From contig NW_013657624.1 of the NCBI RefSeq assembly GCF_000142905.1, positions 1-64,000 of the forward strand: DNA of 64,000 nt. Reading direction: 5' to 3'. This stretch comes from Thecamonas trahens ATCC 50062. Its lineage: Eukaryota > Protista > Apusomonadida. The notes below the pieces were generated by a model, which was not told the DNA's origin, searched no databases, and was given only the letters and a program-made list of their open reading frames with translations. Position numbers and translations under genes: made by a program. Within the stretch, counting starts at the first letter, position 1. The number at the start of each line of letters is the position of its first letter. Below, piece after piece: positions 40,937-52,206 of this stretch.

Positions 40937-43900
40937 TCAAATGTAGGCCACGTTGGAGGCCATGATCATGGCGCGGGCGCGGGCCATGGCATCCTCGACG
41001 CCCGGGAAGCTGTACATGAGCCCGCGTTGCTCGCGCTGACAGAGGACGCGAAGAATCCACTCGGCGTCCTTGTTGATGTACATGTCGTTGGGAAAGGTAT
41101 TGATGGCGTCGACAAGGATCTTCGACTCGCCCTTGGTGCGAAAGAGCGGACGGACGTCAGCGAGTCCACAGAGCCTGCGAATGAGCTGGATGAGCTGTGC
41201 CATGACGGCTGCGTTCTTCCCGTGCTTGTTGACGACCGAGTGGATCATGTCGATGCCACCGGCTGTGAAGAAAACTTGAGGTTGAGTTCGACGTTGAGGA
41301 CAACCTGGCCCATGGCGGCCAACGCGTACTCTGCGATGCGCGCGTCGTCAAGGTGGTCGTTGACAGCCTCGATCAGGCCGCGGAGCCCGTCGCCGCCACA
41401 CCGCTCGCGGACAGACTCGCGGTCGCACACCAGATACAGGTACTTGAACGCGGCCTTGAGGATGGTCCGCTCGTTGGAAAATGTGTTCAGCGCACGGATG
41501 GCAATCGTATCGCTGGAGGCGTCAGCAAACATGGTCCGGAACCGCATGTCGTACGCCAGCCACGACATGAGGACGAGAACCACCTCGTTGAGCGCCGCAG
41601 ATGTCGGTGCCCGTTCTGCGTGCTCGATGATGCTGGGAATGAGCGGCGACTGGGAGAGCGGGATGAGGATCTCGGAGGAGAAATCGGTCCGAACCGATCT
41701 CGCCAGTGGAATGTACACCTGCGCAAGGTTGACGATAAGGTCCTGTGGCTTGGACACCTCAAGCTCCATGACTGCTGTGAGGAGGTCGACTGTTGTTGGC
41801 GACGCCATGATCGCCAGCACCCGCACCGCGCGCAGCGACGCCATCAGGGCCAGCAGCTCTACAAAGACCTCGATCGGCCCGAGTGCGGGAAGCGCCCGTG
41901 GTCCGCCCGACGCCAGATGCATGTCGAGGAGGGCGACAACTCCAAAGACCGCCTCGTACTTGGCCTTGGTATGCTCCTGTGCTCGCCGCAGCGTCCGCAT
42001 CGTCAGCTGCTGCGGTGGCATCAGCCGCTCGTCGCGCGCATAGTGGCCCACAATCCGGGTCAGCCCACTCGTCAGCCGCCGTCGCTGACTCCCGCTCGTG
42101 CTGCCCGCGCCGCCTCCGCCCATTTCGGTGGCCCCGGGGTCAATCTTGGCTGGCGCCAGGTCACGCTGCGGCGGCATAGCCATCACTGGTGGTGGTGGCT
42201 TGGCTGGTGGCACCCGTGACTTGGCCGGCGGTTCGGGCGTGGGCTCGCCAAGCGCCACCACCGAGTCGCACGATCCCGAGTCCGAGTCGGAGAACGAGCT
42301 TTCACACTCTCCCGATACCTCGTCGCCGCTGACATTCAGCTTGGCCGAGCTCTCGCCAGTGAGCGAGACATCGACGCCCAGCGCTGTCTGCAGGCTGCTC
42401 GGCGATGCGGCCGGCACCGCCGTGTCTGCCATCACCGATGCATCGAGGAAGATCTCATCCGACGACGAGTAAGAGTCCGACGACGAGGAGAACGAGAACG
42501 AGTCGTCGAGAGTGAGCATTGTCGAGAGCTGGCGGTCGATCGCCGTCGCGTGCGAGAACTCATCCGAGTCGAGCTCGTCGTCGTCGAGGTGTGACGGCTT
42601 GGCCGACCCGATGGTCTGCTTGGTCTTTTTCTTGCTAGTCTTGCGCTTGACCTTGCCCTTGCCCTCACCACCAAAGGAGCTCTTGAGGATCGAGCTGTAC
42701 GGCGACGACGGTGATGACTCAATCGCCTTTCCACTCGCCGCCGCCAGCACCGACTTGCCGACACTTGGGCTCGACGACGTCGTCGACGAGCCCGTCGACG
42801 ACGCCTGTCGCCGCGTTGGCTTGCCCGCCGATGGCCCGTTGCCCTCGAGCGTTCCCAGAATTGCCTCCATCTGCGCCTTGATGCCGTCGAGCGAGCTGAG
42901 CATGGTCGACGTGGTGAACGAGATCTCGCCGTTGTCGGGCAGGTTGACCTTGAGCGTCTCAAACAGTGCCCTCATCTCGGTCACCTGCTTGGCCAGCCCG
43001 CGCTTGTCCTCCTCGGTCGCCGGCCGCGCCGCTTCGGCCTGCTTCTTCGCACCATTTTGGCTCTCCGGAGCCTTCTTCAACTTGGCGTCGACCTCGTCGG
43101 CGTTATAGAAGAGCGTGACCGACCGCCGCCACGACTTGCTACTGTCGTCAGCACCCACCCCGCCCCATCTCGAGCCGGCCACCACCGGCCCGTACCCGTT
43201 CGACGCTGCCGTCTCCAGAATGGCTCCGCGCATCGTCTGCGACAGTGCCTTGAACTCGTAGGTGTAGATGAGCTTGACACGGACAGCGTGTCCGTCGTTC
43301 GGGCTCGGCTCGATGCACAGCACGTCCTTTGCCGGCACGAACCATTGATCCTTGCCGCCAGGCGCCGCATTGGACACCCCCTCTGCACTCAGCACCAGTT
43401 CTCTGCACAATGACGAACGCAATGAACACGATCGAGCACGAGCGCGACGAACACGATCGAGCACGAATGCGATGAACACGATCGAGCACGAGCGCGACGA
43501 ACACGATCGAGCACGAATGCGATGAACACGATCGAGCACGAGCGCGACGAACACGATCGAGCACGACCACAACCACGACCACGACCAACACACACAACCA
43601 CAGCCACATAAGTCGCTCTCCCCCCCTCCCCCCCTTCCTCTCACTCTGGCGCCCAAAAAAGGACGCCATGTCCGTGACCTCAACAACAGCAAAAAAAAAC
43701 GACATGTGCTAGACCGGTCCGAGGGCGGGCGCGGGGGGGCAGCGGGACTTTCCCAGAAACTCACTCAATCAGGGGATCGGCAAAAATTCGGTGGACTCGT
43801 TCAGTTGGCGTTCAGTTGTGTGAGTGAACGCATACACATTGAGCGTGCGTTCAGTTTCTGTTCAGGCTGAGCCCCAACTGAACGAATTTTGAAGGCACAC

Positions 43901-46900
43901 AAGCTCAGCTACGCAGCAGTGACGTGAGTTGGAGCACCACACTCGACTTACCCTTACGCAAGGTAGGGCACAGTTTCGGCGATATGGCAGCGACATGATG
44001 GGGGAGAGACACTTCAGTACGGTATTGCTGGCGTAGGGGGGGGGGGGTTAGGGGAGTTATACACTCACGTTGGTGTCCTTGTCACCACGCAGACAGCCGG
44101 TAGATTCTACCACCACTGCCGCAATGGATCAGGACCTCGTGATGCCACAGAGCGACGAAATGCAGCATGCTTCAGCTTCAGAAGCGTCTCATGATACCGC
44201 CGAAGAGGTGAATCCCCCTACTGCTGGTTCCGAGGGCAAACAGCAGGCCTTGCCTGACAACACCAGCAACGTCGAGACGGCAGTCTTGTCCCCACCCGCT
44301 GCGCCATGCAGCCAAGAAGTGGACACTACTGAAGCACGAAGCTCACCTCGCAAGGCAAAGACCACATCGTCACGCTATCGCAAAAAGCGCGTTTGTGTCC
44401 GCTGGGGAGAGCCCGGAAGAATGCAGGATCTAGCCCAGGCGTACTACGACGTGGTGACGAAGTACGACTCCTCCAGCTCCACTGCCGGCAGAATGCACAG
44501 GTCCATTGCCAAGATCTTGAACGAGAAGTGGGGCAATACTGATGACGGTGGGCAAGTGTCTACCCAGACTGTGTCCAAGCAACTCAACCGCCTCCTGTCA
44601 AGGGTGCGCGAGCAGGAGGTGTTCTTGACCCAGTCCGGGAAGCGGGCCGACGAAGGGCCGCTGCCGCCCAGGAACCCACATCTGCATCAGGTGTACATGA
44701 CTATCACCCAGGCTTGGCAATCATCCGGCCGGCGCAAGCCTCTCATCAAGCCCATTGACACTTCAGACGACACAAGTGTCCAGTTCGATGTGCTCGAGTC
44801 CATGTCCCAGGAGCAGTCGACAAGGCGGAATCGGACCTCCGTGCACGTCCCTGAACGAGCCGTCGGCAACACTTCGTCGAGGACGACGTCATCTTGCGAT
44901 TCAGATCCGGGCACGCCATCTGCTGAAACGCCTCGCAAGCGGCGTCGTTCTGGCGACAGCAGCGGATGTCCGTCCTCGGCGAAGAAGCGCAAGGTCCACT
45001 CCGTGGCCGATTCTCAGAAGCTCGTCGATCTGACCGAGAAACACATCATGCTGTTTGAGGCCAGTGCCACTGCCGACCAGAAGCACAAGGATGCCATTCT
45101 CAGCGTGGCAACTAGTACTCTTGATGTACTGAAGCACCTGACCGTGACTTTTGACAAGATTGCAGCTTCACTGTAGTCTACGGCGACGTGGGACAAGATC
45201 ACGTTCAACAGCATCGGCGACCTGTCAGAGAGTCAGGTCGACGATGTTGATAGTGACGAGTTCGTTCAAGCGTTCCTGGTTCGATTGCTTCAACAAAGGC
45301 AGCAAATACATCATCTGAGCTTACATCGATGGTGGCGCTGAAGTCCGTTGCGTCATCGGCATGAACCCCGGCCATCAAGTAGTTGTGGAGGCGGAATGCA
45401 GCGCTGATCATCGAGTTGTTGAGCTGATCTAGTTCTGTGGTCATACGAAGTAGGTACTGAAAGCGGCTCTTGAGCACTCCAAAGGCACGCTCGATGCAGT
45501 TCCTTGCTCTGCACTGTGGATCCCTTCTCTCAGACACTCCCGAACGCGGGGTGACAATGTAGGGGAACACCGTACCACGGAATATGGCATCCCCGAGAAT
45601 GGTGAACCCGGCACCGGTTGGATTGATACCGAAACGACGCGGATTAGCGTAGAGGTTGCTCAATTTCAACATGTTGACATCGTTCGTCGAAGCTGGAAAC
45701 CCCACGACGCAGTTGATGAACTGCACCGTGTCGATTGCAACCGTGCATAGAGCACTAATGCGAGGGCCGGACCTTCGCCCGTGAAGCGCAATCTGATCGT
45801 CGCCATGTGGATTCTGAGCCAGGCAGAAGTCAGTTCCATCCACACAAGCAAACGCGCGTCGCAGCTTTGCCTCTTCACTAGCCTCAAAAGGCTGACCGCC
45901 GCGCGAGATCGAGTCCGCGATGTCCATATCCCACTTTCCTTGGCGAGAACGCACAATGGCTGTGATCTCTGCAACATCCGGCCACTGTAATGGCATCATT
46001 TTCATCACGCGCCGCGACACTCGCTCGAGGATGTTCTTCAGGGACGAGGCGCTTACGTTGAGGAGAAGGGCAGCAGACCGGAGTCGCATTGCACCGTGAC
46101 CAAGAACAAAGAGGAACACGGCCAACGCCTTCTTGGGGTGGATAGGGGGCCTCCCAACTCGACCAGCGCGTAGGACAACCTGCATTCGCCCGCGGGTATG
46201 GTTGGAAGTGAGATCAATCATCCAATCGTCACCGAATAGGAGCTGCCCGAGTTGATCGAACGACGACTGCGGCATGCGCAATAGAAAGCGAAACGCCTGA
46301 TCACTTCCCCCAAGCAGCAGCATCAACAGCGGATCACCAAGGAACGGTCTTGGCGTCAATCTACGAGCAGTAGCAGCAGCTTCCGCCGCCATAGCCATCT
46401 CGTCCCTGGCCGTGGCGATGGTAGAGACACACGCACTGGCGCGGCGGACGGGCCCGCCTTCACCGACCTCCCACATGAATATCTGTGTGACCAAGTTGAC
46501 AACCAGGTATGCACAAAGCATCCCAAACATCGCCGCAGCTTTGAGAAGTGACACGCGCTGAGATCGGAGAGCATGACGTGAGGGCACAGCTTCATCTGGC
46601 TCGACGCCGTCGTCGATGTCTACATCGGTGTCGTCGACCCACCGGGGCTCTCCGCTGCTCTGGCGCTCATTAGTGCATTTCCTTGACTCCATCCACACAC
46701 AAGAACGTTTCCTACAATGCTTCTGCCACAGTGAACTTGGGAGCAGTGTGTAGGGTCAATGCCGAGAGTGTGACGACCGCAGGCGGACTGCGTCCCGCCG
46801 TCCCTTGGCCAACCGGTAGAATTGACCACATCGCACTGACTGAACATTTTTCTCGAACATGTTGAGTAGGTGAACGTGCCGAAGTTGAAACGACAGCTGA

Positions 46901-47107
46901 GCGTGTTGAGTTACATCGAGTTTTTGCCGAACCCCTCACTCATGGACCTGTGCGCCATCCGTACCTGCTCTGCTCCTTGCCCTTTGCGTTTGTTTTGGTC
47001 ACTGGGTACCTCTGTATCTTTCCTTTCTTGCCTTTTCCCTTGCCCTTGCGTGGTGGGTGTTCCTTTCGCGTCTTTGGCTTCCACGTACTGGCCTCCTTTG
47101 CCGACAT
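40937..47107 (-). CDS. PH-like + armadillo-repeat protein; exon 1 47107-46965, intron 46964-43403, exon 2 43402-40937 with frameshift at about 41271
   Basis: Exon 1 (not in the ORF track) reads MSAKEASTW...RYPVTKTNAKGKEQS-R, 143 nt. A phase-2 GTACGG...TGCAG splice joins it to ELVLSAEGVSN. The C-terminal part is helical and ARM-like; adding one T gives KFFFTAGGIDMIHS. Confidence 0.65.
43424..43566. repeat. 25-bp minisatellite with alternating A/B variants (50-bp higher-order repeat)
   Basis: Core GAACACGATCGAGCACGA x6, followed alternately by GCGCGAC and ATGCGAT. Confidence 0.9.
44124..45176 (+). CDS. Harbinger ORF1, Myb/SANT-like DNA-binding accessory protein
   Basis: Lies within the TIRs; RW...IAKILNEKW...VSKQLNRL trihelix-like segment and basic NLS-like clusters (PRKRRR, KKRK). 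Confidence 0.7.
   Translation: MDQDLVMPQSDEMQHASASEASHDTAEEVNPPTAGSEGKQQALPDNTSNVETAVLSPPAAPCSQEVDTTEARSSPRKAKTTSSRYRKKRVCVRWGEPGRMQDLAQAYYDVVTKYDSSSSTAGRMHRSIAKILNEKWGNTDDGGQVSTQTVSKQLNRLLSRVREQEVFLTQSGKRADEGPLPPRNPHLHQVYMTITQAWQSSGRRKPLIKPIDTSDDTSVQFDVLESMSQEQSTRRNRTSVHVPERAVGNTSSRTTSSCDSDPGTPSAETPRKRRRSGDSSGCPSSAKKRKVHSVADSQKLVDLTEKHIMLFEASATADQKHKDAILSVATSTLDVLKHLTVTFDKIAASL
45205..46692 (-). CDS. Harbinger/PIF DDE transposase (DDE_Tnp_4, HARBI1-like)
   Basis: HTH-like LAVFLFVLGHG...LLNVSASS segment and catalytic CVDGT, LGDAIF and RNCIERAFGVLKSRFQYL. Start codon uncertain. Confidence 0.9.
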   Translation of the reverse strand: MESRKCTNERQSSGEPRWVDDTDVDIDDGVEPDEAVPSRHALRSQRVSLLKAAAMFGMLCAYLVVNLVTQIFMWEVGEGGPVRRASACVSTIATARDEMAMAAEAAATARRLTPRPFLGDPLLMLLLGGSDQAFRFLLRMPQSSFDQLGQLLFGDDWMIDLTSNHTRGRMQVVLRAGRVGRPPIHPKKALAVFLFVLGHGAMRLRSAALLLNVSASSLKNILERVSRRVMKMMPLQWPDVAEITAIVRSRQGKWDMDIADSISRGGQPFEASEEAKLRRAFACVDGTDFCLAQNPHGDDQIALHGRRSGPRISALCTVAIDTVQFINCVVGFPASTNDVNMLKLSNLYANPRRFGINPTGAGFTILGDAIFRGTVFPYIVTPRSGVSERRDPQCRARNCIERAFGVLKSRFQYLLRMTTELDQLNNSMISAAFRLHNYLMAGVHADDATDFSATIDVSSDDVFAAFVEAIEPGTLERTRHYQHRRPDSLTGRRCC

Positions 47108-47452
47108 GTCGAGAGGTTGGTACCGTGGTGGCGCTCTTGTTCGAGTTGAGTGCTACAGCGGCGGCTGGGCCGACCCGGTAGTCCCGCACGCGTTTTTTGC
47201 TTCGTCATGGTTGCAAATTTGTTTTTTTCGGCAACACCATACTATCGCAGCTCTGCACAGATGCTCCACCACCGCGGTAAGCGTACCCAATACGCCATCC
47301 AGCCGTCCAGCCAGTCGTCGTCCCCTCACACACTCACACACACACATACGCCTGACCGCGTGAGCTGCTGCTCCACCGCGTGCCATAAGTCGCGTGTCAC
47401 ATGTTGTGGCAGGGAAGCTCCCCTCCAATTCGGCGAACCGCACACATGCTGT

Positions 47453-48863
47453 TCAGCAGCAGAAACAGCACTTGATGAAGACCCAGCAGATGATGGCGAG
47501 GGCCAAGCCGAGGGCGACCACAAAGTAGACACCCGAGATAGCGGCAAGAGTGAGTGCCGGCGAGTCGAGCTCCTTGGCGCCAATCGACGAGATAAAGGCC
47601 TTTCCAAAGTACTTGACGTTGAGCTCGCGGAGGAGGCCTTCGCGCGTTAGATCAAGCACAATGCTATTGATCCGGTCAAGGTATGGCGAGCTGTTGGCCA
47701 GCAGCATGGCGTAGTCGGCCGAGGAGAGGAGCGAGCCGAGCAGCCGGATCGAGGCCGTCGAGCTGTCTGCCAGATACTCCAGCGTCGTCGCGTCGGCCAT
47801 GCACGCCGAAACAGCGCCGCGCTCGAGCGCCCCGAACGCGTCGGTCACGTTGGCATATCCGTACATGGCCACAGACGGCAGGTGGTCGCGCACAAACCGC
47901 TCGCCGTCAGAGCCAAGCACCACCGCCATCGACGAGCCGCCCAGATCGCGGAGGCCCGCCACGTCCGACCGCAGATTCGCCGAGTTGAGAATGGTCGTCA
48001 GCTGCGCTGTGTACGCCGCCACCAGCGTCACCGTAAACGTCGTCCATCCGATCGAGTACAGCCGCGCCGGAAAGCCCACCAGATCGTTCTCGCCAGTCTC
48101 GGAGAGCACGCCCCAGCAGTACCACACGCCCTCGTTGACACCACGGAGGTACGAGAGTGGGAAGAGCTCGGGCTGGTACGGATGCTCCAGCGCCCAGATG
48201 ATGTGGCCCGAGAGGTAGAGCGCCACCACTCCAGTGATCCACACCGTTACTGTAAACGGCGAAAAGAACAGCAGCGGATCTGTTGTCGGCTCCGGCACCG
48301 AAATCGCCGCGTCGAGCCCTGTGTGAAAGTACGAGTACGTAAACTCGCCCGCTGTGTTTCCGTCAAGAGTGATTGCCATCCCGCCGAGCGCCACTGCCAG
48401 CGGATCAGCCCTGACCGCCTCGTGCGCCTCGTCAACCGATACCACGCGCATCTGTACATCAACCCCACGCACTTGCTGCATCCGCTGCACAACCAAGTGC
48501 CACAGCTCTAGATCATACCCGCTCACCTTGCCGTCCTTCTACACACCCCCGCCTCACCATCCGACGCCCCGCACCTCACCTGTGAGCCTCACATTGCGCT
48601 CGTCGCCCACAAACATCGCCCGCCCGCCCGCCGACATGGCGTACACTGTCAACCATCACAAATGGCGGTTGTGGCACAAGATACACGTTGATTCTGTCAA
48701 AGGCATGTCCGTCGTTGCCAGCTGCCCGCGCGCCAGTGCTCGCGTACGCCAGCCAAAGGCCAAGCACCGCGAGCAGGAGCCCAGCGCACCGCGGCCGGCG
48801 TCGTCCACGTCGCCACAAACGCTGTACACCTGCCGGGCGCCCTTTGCTCCGCTTCTCGCCCAT
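47453..48863 (-). CDS. Ionotropic glutamate receptor-like channel without ATD (copy 1), intron 48644-48539
   Basis: The splice gives QPPFVMVDS|KDGKVSGYDLELW (S1). Then PFT..VW (M1), W.LE, pore segment, AAYTAQLTT (SYTANLAAF equivalent), S2, and final TM LAAISGVYFVV. Confidence 0.85.
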
Positions 48864-49141
48864 GACAAGTGATAGCCGCGCCATACCGCTAGACCCTCCC
48901 ACACACACACACACACCTTGTCGGCGTCCACCAGCGCAGCGCTGCCAGTCAATCGGTATGCGCCAGAAAATTCCGAAAGGCTCATTTTTCGCACAACAGG
49001 CCGCCAGCCCACGGCCAACCTCCTGCCACCAAACAGCCATAGCCACACGATGATCACGCGTCCCACGCCCATTGCGCTTTATCTGCCTCCCACTTGCGTC
49101 AGCTATCGAGAAAACGGGTGGTTGGACGTGCTCACTTGGCC

Positions 49142-50428
49142 TCAACGCTTGAAGAGACCGGGATTGAAGCGGATGACAACGTACGAGACGATGGCGGCGA
49201 CAACGGCGAGGCCCATGGGAACATACAGGCCCGAGACGCTAATGAACGACATCTCCTCCACACCTGACGGGAGGAGCGACTTGAACCGCTGGCCGAACCA
49301 CACTTTGCGCAAATCTTCCAAAAAGCCGTCCTCAAAGGTCGAGATGATGGCGCCGTTGATGGTATCCACCAAGCTCGAGTTCGACTTGAGCACCATGGCA
49401 AAGCGATCGGAAGAGAGCCGCTCGCCGAGAATGTCGTATCGGTCGTCAAAGTCGCGGGTGTTCTTCAGATACCACAGCGTCGGCGAGTCGAAGAACAGCG
49501 CGCCGACAACGTCCGAAGTGAGGGCGGTGAAGCCGGCCACCACCGATGGGAAGACCACAGTAGTTGCCGCCGGCAGGTTCTGCCCTACCCAGCCCACGCC
49601 GTCGGTCCCGTTGACCACGCCGATGATCTCGCCGTTGAGCTGCGACGCGTCGTTAATGTCGGACCGCAGCTGCTCGACAATGAGGATCGATGCCAAGTTC
49701 GCCGTGTACGCCGCCACAAACACAATGGTGAGGTACGACCAAGCCACAGAGTACATGCGCGTGGGAAAGCCGCGAAGATCGCGGGTCTGTGCTTTGACCA
49801 AGACCGAGAAGCAGTACCACACGCCCTCGTTGACGCCGGACAGCAGCGATCGCGGGAAGAGCCGCGGCTGATACTCACGCTCAAAGAACCAGATGACAAA
49901 GCCTGAGAAGAAGAGAAGCACAGAGGCAGATGCCCAGAGCCAGAACGTGAACGGGGCCGTGAAGAGAAAGATGTTGACCTGAGTATTCCTCCGCAGCACA
50001 ATGGCATCGAGACCCGAGTGAAAGTAGACGTGCGAGAACTTGACCCTGGAGAGCAAGGCCGGATCAATGGCCACCGACGCCACGCCAACCGCCTCGGCCA
50101 CCGCCGCAGACTCGACCGCCTCTACCACATCGCTCTTGTCGATCAGCTGGTACTCAAACGACTCGGCGTCGCCGCTCAGCTGCAGCCTCGTGAAAACCCG
50201 ATTCCAGAGATCGATGTCAAAGCCCTCGTAACGGACGCTCCCACTGCTGTCCACAACCTGGTACACAAACGGCGGCTGCTCAGCAATGTACACCACAAGA
50301 TGTGTCCCGTTGTTGCTGCTGCCGTTGCTGTTGGAGCTCGCGCCCTCCGCCGGCGTCACTTGGCTGCACAAAGCGAGCATCGCCACTGCCACCGCCGCCA
50401 CAACCTCAAGTCGCATGCGGAGCGCCAT
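49142..50428 (-). CDS. Ionotropic glutamate receptor-like channel without ATD (copy 2)
   Basis: Signal peptide from ATG 50428; QPPFV...YEGFDIDLW, PFTFWLW, WFFER, AAYTANLASIL, S2 with LRKVWF, and final TM. Confidence 0.88.
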   Translation of the reverse strand: MALRMRLEVVAAVAVAMLALCSQVTPAEGASSNSNGSSNNGTHLVVYIAEQPPFVYQVVDSSGSVRYEGFDIDLWNRVFTRLQLSGDAESFEYQLIDKSDVVEAVESAAVAEAVGVASVAIDPALLSRVKFSHVYFHSGLDAIVLRRNTQVNIFLFTAPFTFWLWASASVLLFFSGFVIWFFEREYQPRLFPRSLLSGVNEGVWYCFSVLVKAQTRDLRGFPTRMYSVAWSYLTIVFVAAYTANLASILIVEQLRSDINDASQLNGEIIGVVNGTDGVGWVGQNLPAATTVVFPSVVAGFTALTSDVVGALFFDSPTLWYLKNTRDFDDRYDILGERLSSDRFAMVLKSNSSLVDTINGAIISTFEDGFLEDLRKVWFGQRFKSLLPSGVEEMSFISVSGLYVPMGLAVVAAIVSYVVIRFNPGLFKR

Positions 50429-50693
50429 ACTGACTGCAGCACGGGAGGGGAGCGAGGAGAGGAGGACGACAAGTGCACGTGGATGCCCACGGAGAAGGGA
50501 AGGGCAGGAGGAAGATGGTGAGGTGAAGTACCGGGTGGCTTGGGGGGGAGGGAGGGGGGGCGGCGAGAGAGGCGCGCAATGAAAAATGAGCGTTTCGACA
50601 ATTAGGCCACAGCCAGCCGTCATCTCGCGCGAGAGCAATGGAGGACGGGGGCGGGGGTAGGGGTGGGGTAGAGGGGCAAGGCGGCCGCGACAC

Positions 50694-52040
50694 TTAGATA
50701 GCCTCCATACCGCAAGTATCGACGTTGACCGGCGCCCAACCGATGCGGTGGTTGGCGCGGTCAAAGACAATGGTATAGCGGACAAGGAGGGTGTCGCCGA
50801 CAATGACAAGGCCGTTGGGCCCGGTCGGCGAGACGGCGAGGCAGGTCTGGCCGGGCTTGCCGATGGAGCCAAAGTTGGCGAGCAAGTACTGCGGCGGCGA
50901 GATGACGAGCGAGATGCCCGGGACCTCGAGGACAAAGTCTGGGTAGGCGGCGACGTCGGCAGGCGAGAGATCGAAGCACTTGCCATCAAACAGGGTCTGG
51001 CCCTCCGGCACGTTGCACATACCGGTCAGGTTCGTGGTCGCACACATGTCGAGCAGGCTTTGCTTAAACGAGGCAAAGGCCTTGTCGTTGAGCAGCAGGT
51101 CGTTGGTGCCGGTGTCGATGATGACCGTAGGGAGGACGCCGGTGAGCGGCTTGCCGCCGACCGTCATGGCGTCGACGGCCATGACGTAGAACGGGGCGTA
51201 CGGACCGGACGCCGCGTTGGGCGTCCACTGCAGCTCGCCGTGGAAGAGGTCGTCGTCGACGCCGCCAAACACAATCGTTCCGTTGGAGCGGCCGCCGTTT
51301 GGGCGGAGGCAGAGCGACCAGACGTCGGCCGGAAGGGCGCCGGCGTTGACAAGCTGCGAGAAGACCGAGGTCTCTGCCGGCGGGCCGGCCATGCCCATCA
51401 CGCCGTCGACGGTCTCAAACTGGTAGAAGCCCTCGGTCTGGTAGTCAATGGCCCCAACAAGCACCGTGGTTGCTGCCGAGCCGGCCAGCGCCACCTTGTC
51501 CGAGTACCACGGGCCCTTGATGGTGCACGGGGCGGTGGGATCGGTCGGCTTGCACGTCTCGTACGTGTTGGAAAAGCTGCACACATCGCCTGCGCTGGTG
51601 TGAGCACACGACGATGACATAATGCCATCACAGGTGTGCGAGGGGCAGGCAAGCGGAGCCGATGACGACGACGCCGAAGGATCATACGCCTTGTTCGGCG
51701 GCTTGGTGATGCAGCCATGGCAGCCAGCGAGCGGCACGTTGAGGGTAAACGAGCCGGAATCGATGGCGACGGGGAAAAAGACGGGCGGCGAGCCAATTTC
51801 CACATTTGTCCAGAAAATGGAAACAGGCCAGATGGAGCCACCCACGCCCTGCTCCAGCGCCTTGCCGTGGCTGGCGAGCAGTGCCCGATGGCCTGGGAGC
51901 AGGTCCTTCGCCTCGGTGCTCCTCTTGCTCTTGTGGACATGGTGCTTGACGACTCCGCCAGCAGACGCAATGCTCGCAAACGCCATGCACATCACCAAGC
52001 CCAGCACAATGGCCCCGAGTGTTTGCTTTGGAATGCCCAT
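50694..52040 (-). CDS. Secreted pepsin-family (A1) aspartic protease
   Basis: Signal peptide, catalytic IDSGS and IIDTGT, DGVMG, and IVGD...Y.IVFDRANHRIGWA. Confidence 0.92.
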   Translation of the reverse strand: MGIPKQTLGAIVLGLVMCMAFASIASAGGVVKHHVHKSKRSTEAKDLLPGHRALLASHGKALEQGVGGSIWPVSIFWTNVEIGSPPVFFPVAIDSGSFTLNVPLAGCHGCITKPPNKAYDPSASSSSAPLACPSHTCDGIMSSSCAHTSAGDVCSFSNTYETCKPTDPTAPCTIKGPWYSDKVALAGSAATTVLVGAIDYQTEGFYQFETVDGVMGMAGPPAETSVFSQLVNAGALPADVWSLCLRPNGGRSNGTIVFGGVDDDLFHGELQWTPNAASGPYAPFYVMAVDAMTVGGKPLTGVLPTVIIDTGTNDLLLNDKAFASFKQSLLDMCATTNLTGMCNVPEGQTLFDGKCFDLSPADVAAYPDFVLEVPGISLVISPPQYLLANFGSIGKPGQTCLAVSPTGPNGLVIVGDTLLVRYTIVFDRANHRIGWAPVNVDTCGMEAI

Positions 52041-52206
52041 GGTCGTACCAGAGTCACGTGTGGCGTCCGGCTGGTGTGGCGACCGGCCGCAATCAAGGCC
52101 GGCGACCGGTTGGTGGCCGGCGACCGGTTGGTGGCCGGCGACCGGCCGGCGACACACGCGAGCAAACTAGGGGGGGGGTCAGTGGAGGCGACACTGTCTC
52201 TGCTGT

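Larger units (their letters stand above)
43772..46935. mobile_element. Autonomous PIF/Harbinger DNA transposon (3164 bp)
   Basis: Imperfect TIRs GGGGATCGGCAAAAATTCGGTG / CATCGAGTTTTTGCCGAACCCC, 3-bp TCA target duplication (43769-43771 and 46936-46938), subterminal GTTCAG repeats and two convergent ORFs. Confidence 0.9.

Noticed and set aside
43424-43566. CRISPR-like array
   Set aside because: Linkers are only 7 bp and alternate between two sequences; no cas genes; eukaryotic intron.
43403-43764. Repetitive N-terminus of ORF 41245-43764
   Set aside because: It is the translation of an intronic minisatellite; a better first exon lies at 46965-47107.
50429-50989. N-terminal extension of the 615-aa iGluR ORF as a possible ATD
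   Set aside because: It overlaps the aspartic protease in another frame and is low-complexity; the signal peptide starts at ATG 50428.
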